Assembly (NCBI GenBank): GCA_002104945.1
Contig: MCFH01000144.1
Location: 1-25,780, forward strand
Origin: Piromyces finnis finn
Taxonomy: Eukaryota; Fungi; Neocallimastigomycota
Length of the DNA: 25,780 nucleotides
Direction of reading: 5' to 3'
The stretch's first letter is position 1. Each line of letters starts with the position of its first letter. The position numbers and the translations under genes were made by a program. Shown here piece after piece: positions 24,620-25,780 of the stretch. The notes under the pieces were generated by a model that did no database searches, was not told the DNA's origin, and saw nothing but the letters and a program-made list of their open reading frames with translations.

Positions 24620-24688
24620 AAGTGGTCGATAAAGGAATTTCGAGCTTGGTTACAACTAATAAGTGGTCGATAAAGGAATTTCGAACTT
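24620..24688 (+). repeat. Two 28-nt direct repeats with 41-nt period (AAGTGGTCGATAAAGGAATTTCGA[G/A]CTT)
   Basis: Copies at 24620 and 24661. Confidence 0.9.
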
Positions 24689-24778
24689 ATAATTTTTTTT
24701 AGACTATCAAAGGTATTTTTGAGTCTATACTGTGTCATCTTGTACTGCAATAAATTCGGTCAAGGAAAATACAAGAAA

Positions 24779-25600
24779 ATGAGCAATTCTACTACAAGGA
24801 TAGATTTCAAGGAGTTGAAGAAGGAACTCAAGGATATAGAAAAACTTTCCAAAGATAATTTGGACATAAGATCCTGGGCTTCTGAAATAAGTTTATGGAT
24901 TGAACTTCAAGATATCACTAGTGCCAAGGAAATTTACATGGCATGTGTGCTTACTTCTAAGGGTGAACCAAGAAAGGTAATCCAAGAGTTGGAAGATAAA
25001 GACAGTGATAGTGAAGATGAATATGAAAGTGAAAATGAAGAAGAGAATCAGAAAAATGAATCTAATGAAGAAGATTATCCCTCACTTGGGAAAATTATCA
25101 ATGCCCTTGAAACATTTTATGGGTTAAAAGAAGATCAAAGTATGTTATTACGGGAACTAAGAAGACTACGTATAAGAAGAAATGAATCAGTTAAAGATTT
25201 CAATAGAAGATATAGATCTTTATATTTAAAGTTGGATAAGAAAAAGAAGAAGCAGATTAGTGTGTTAGATTATGCAGATTCTTTACAAAATAATAAAGAA
25301 GCATGGAGAAAAGTATCTTTAAAAGATGATATCACTCTAGAAAAGGCCTTTAAGATAGCTGAGAAGGTAGATAGGTTATCTACTAGAATAGATAATGATG
25401 GTAATCTACCAACGACTACTGCAATAACCAAAAGTTATAATAATTTTCAACCATACAAGAGAAAAGTTTCTTTTACTGAAGCCAAAAAGCCTAATAAGAT
25501 GATAATGAATAACCTAGTCAAGAAATGAAGAATTTAACTATTAAAGCTTTTTTTCTGTAGTGAACCTGGTCATTATCAACAAAATTGCCAAAACTTCAAG
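24779..25600 (+). CDS. gag: Element F Gag-like protein (acidic insert, C-terminal CCHC knuckle); element continues beyond the window
   Basis: Open ORF 24719-25528 (first ATG 24779). In a shifted frame, (C)FFCSEPGHYQQNC at ~25545-25588. It lies downstream of the LTR and PBS and is not alignable by eye to C/D gag. Superfamily not determined. Confidence 0.75.
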
Positions 25601-25780
25601 CCTTATTGAAGGAAACAAGAAGCGTTATGATAATCATTTAAATCATTAAGTGGGAGAAGAAGCACTCCCATCGTCAATAAAATAGCTTCAGCTCAGTATC
25701 AGTCAATGCCAAGTGAAGAAAACAACAAGCCAGAGTGATTGGTCGAAAGAAGAATATGATGAAGAAATCGAAAGTGACTT

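Noticed and set aside
24620-24688. CRISPR-like array
   Set aside because: Only two repeats with a 13-17 nt spacer, no cas genes, in a eukaryotic retroelement leader.

Overview
Extremely AT-rich eukaryotic DNA, most consistent with an anaerobic gut fungus (Neocallimastigomycota; this is an inference). The assembly appears unpolished, with frequent 1-bp deletions. Left part: a multi-exon RPB2 gene on the minus strand (5785 to ~1270), whose 3' end is mirrored in a ~1.38-kb fold-back at the window start. From ~7.7 kb to the end: a nested stack of LTR retrotransposons. It contains a chromovirus 3' fragment (A), a solo LTR and fragments of family B, a minus-strand chromovirus (C), a solo LTR (E) inserted in the chromodomain of C, a full-length plus-strand chromovirus (D) inserted in E, and a tRNA-primed element (F) inserted in the 5' LTR of C. 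Three target-site duplications fix the nesting order. The most interesting signals are non-coding. (1) A tRNA-type Pol III A-box/B-box unit with conserved spacing and a covarying hairpin lies at the start of the C and D LTRs, and element F is inserted about where its start site would be. (2) A covarying hairpin with a conserved loop lies just before the PPT in A, C and D. (3) C and D show Tf1-type self-priming with covariation. (4) A diverged ~300-bp module is shared by the leaders of the unrelated elements D and F. (5) The F leader contains a multi-stem, pseudoknot-capable domain. All alignments and folds were done by eye.
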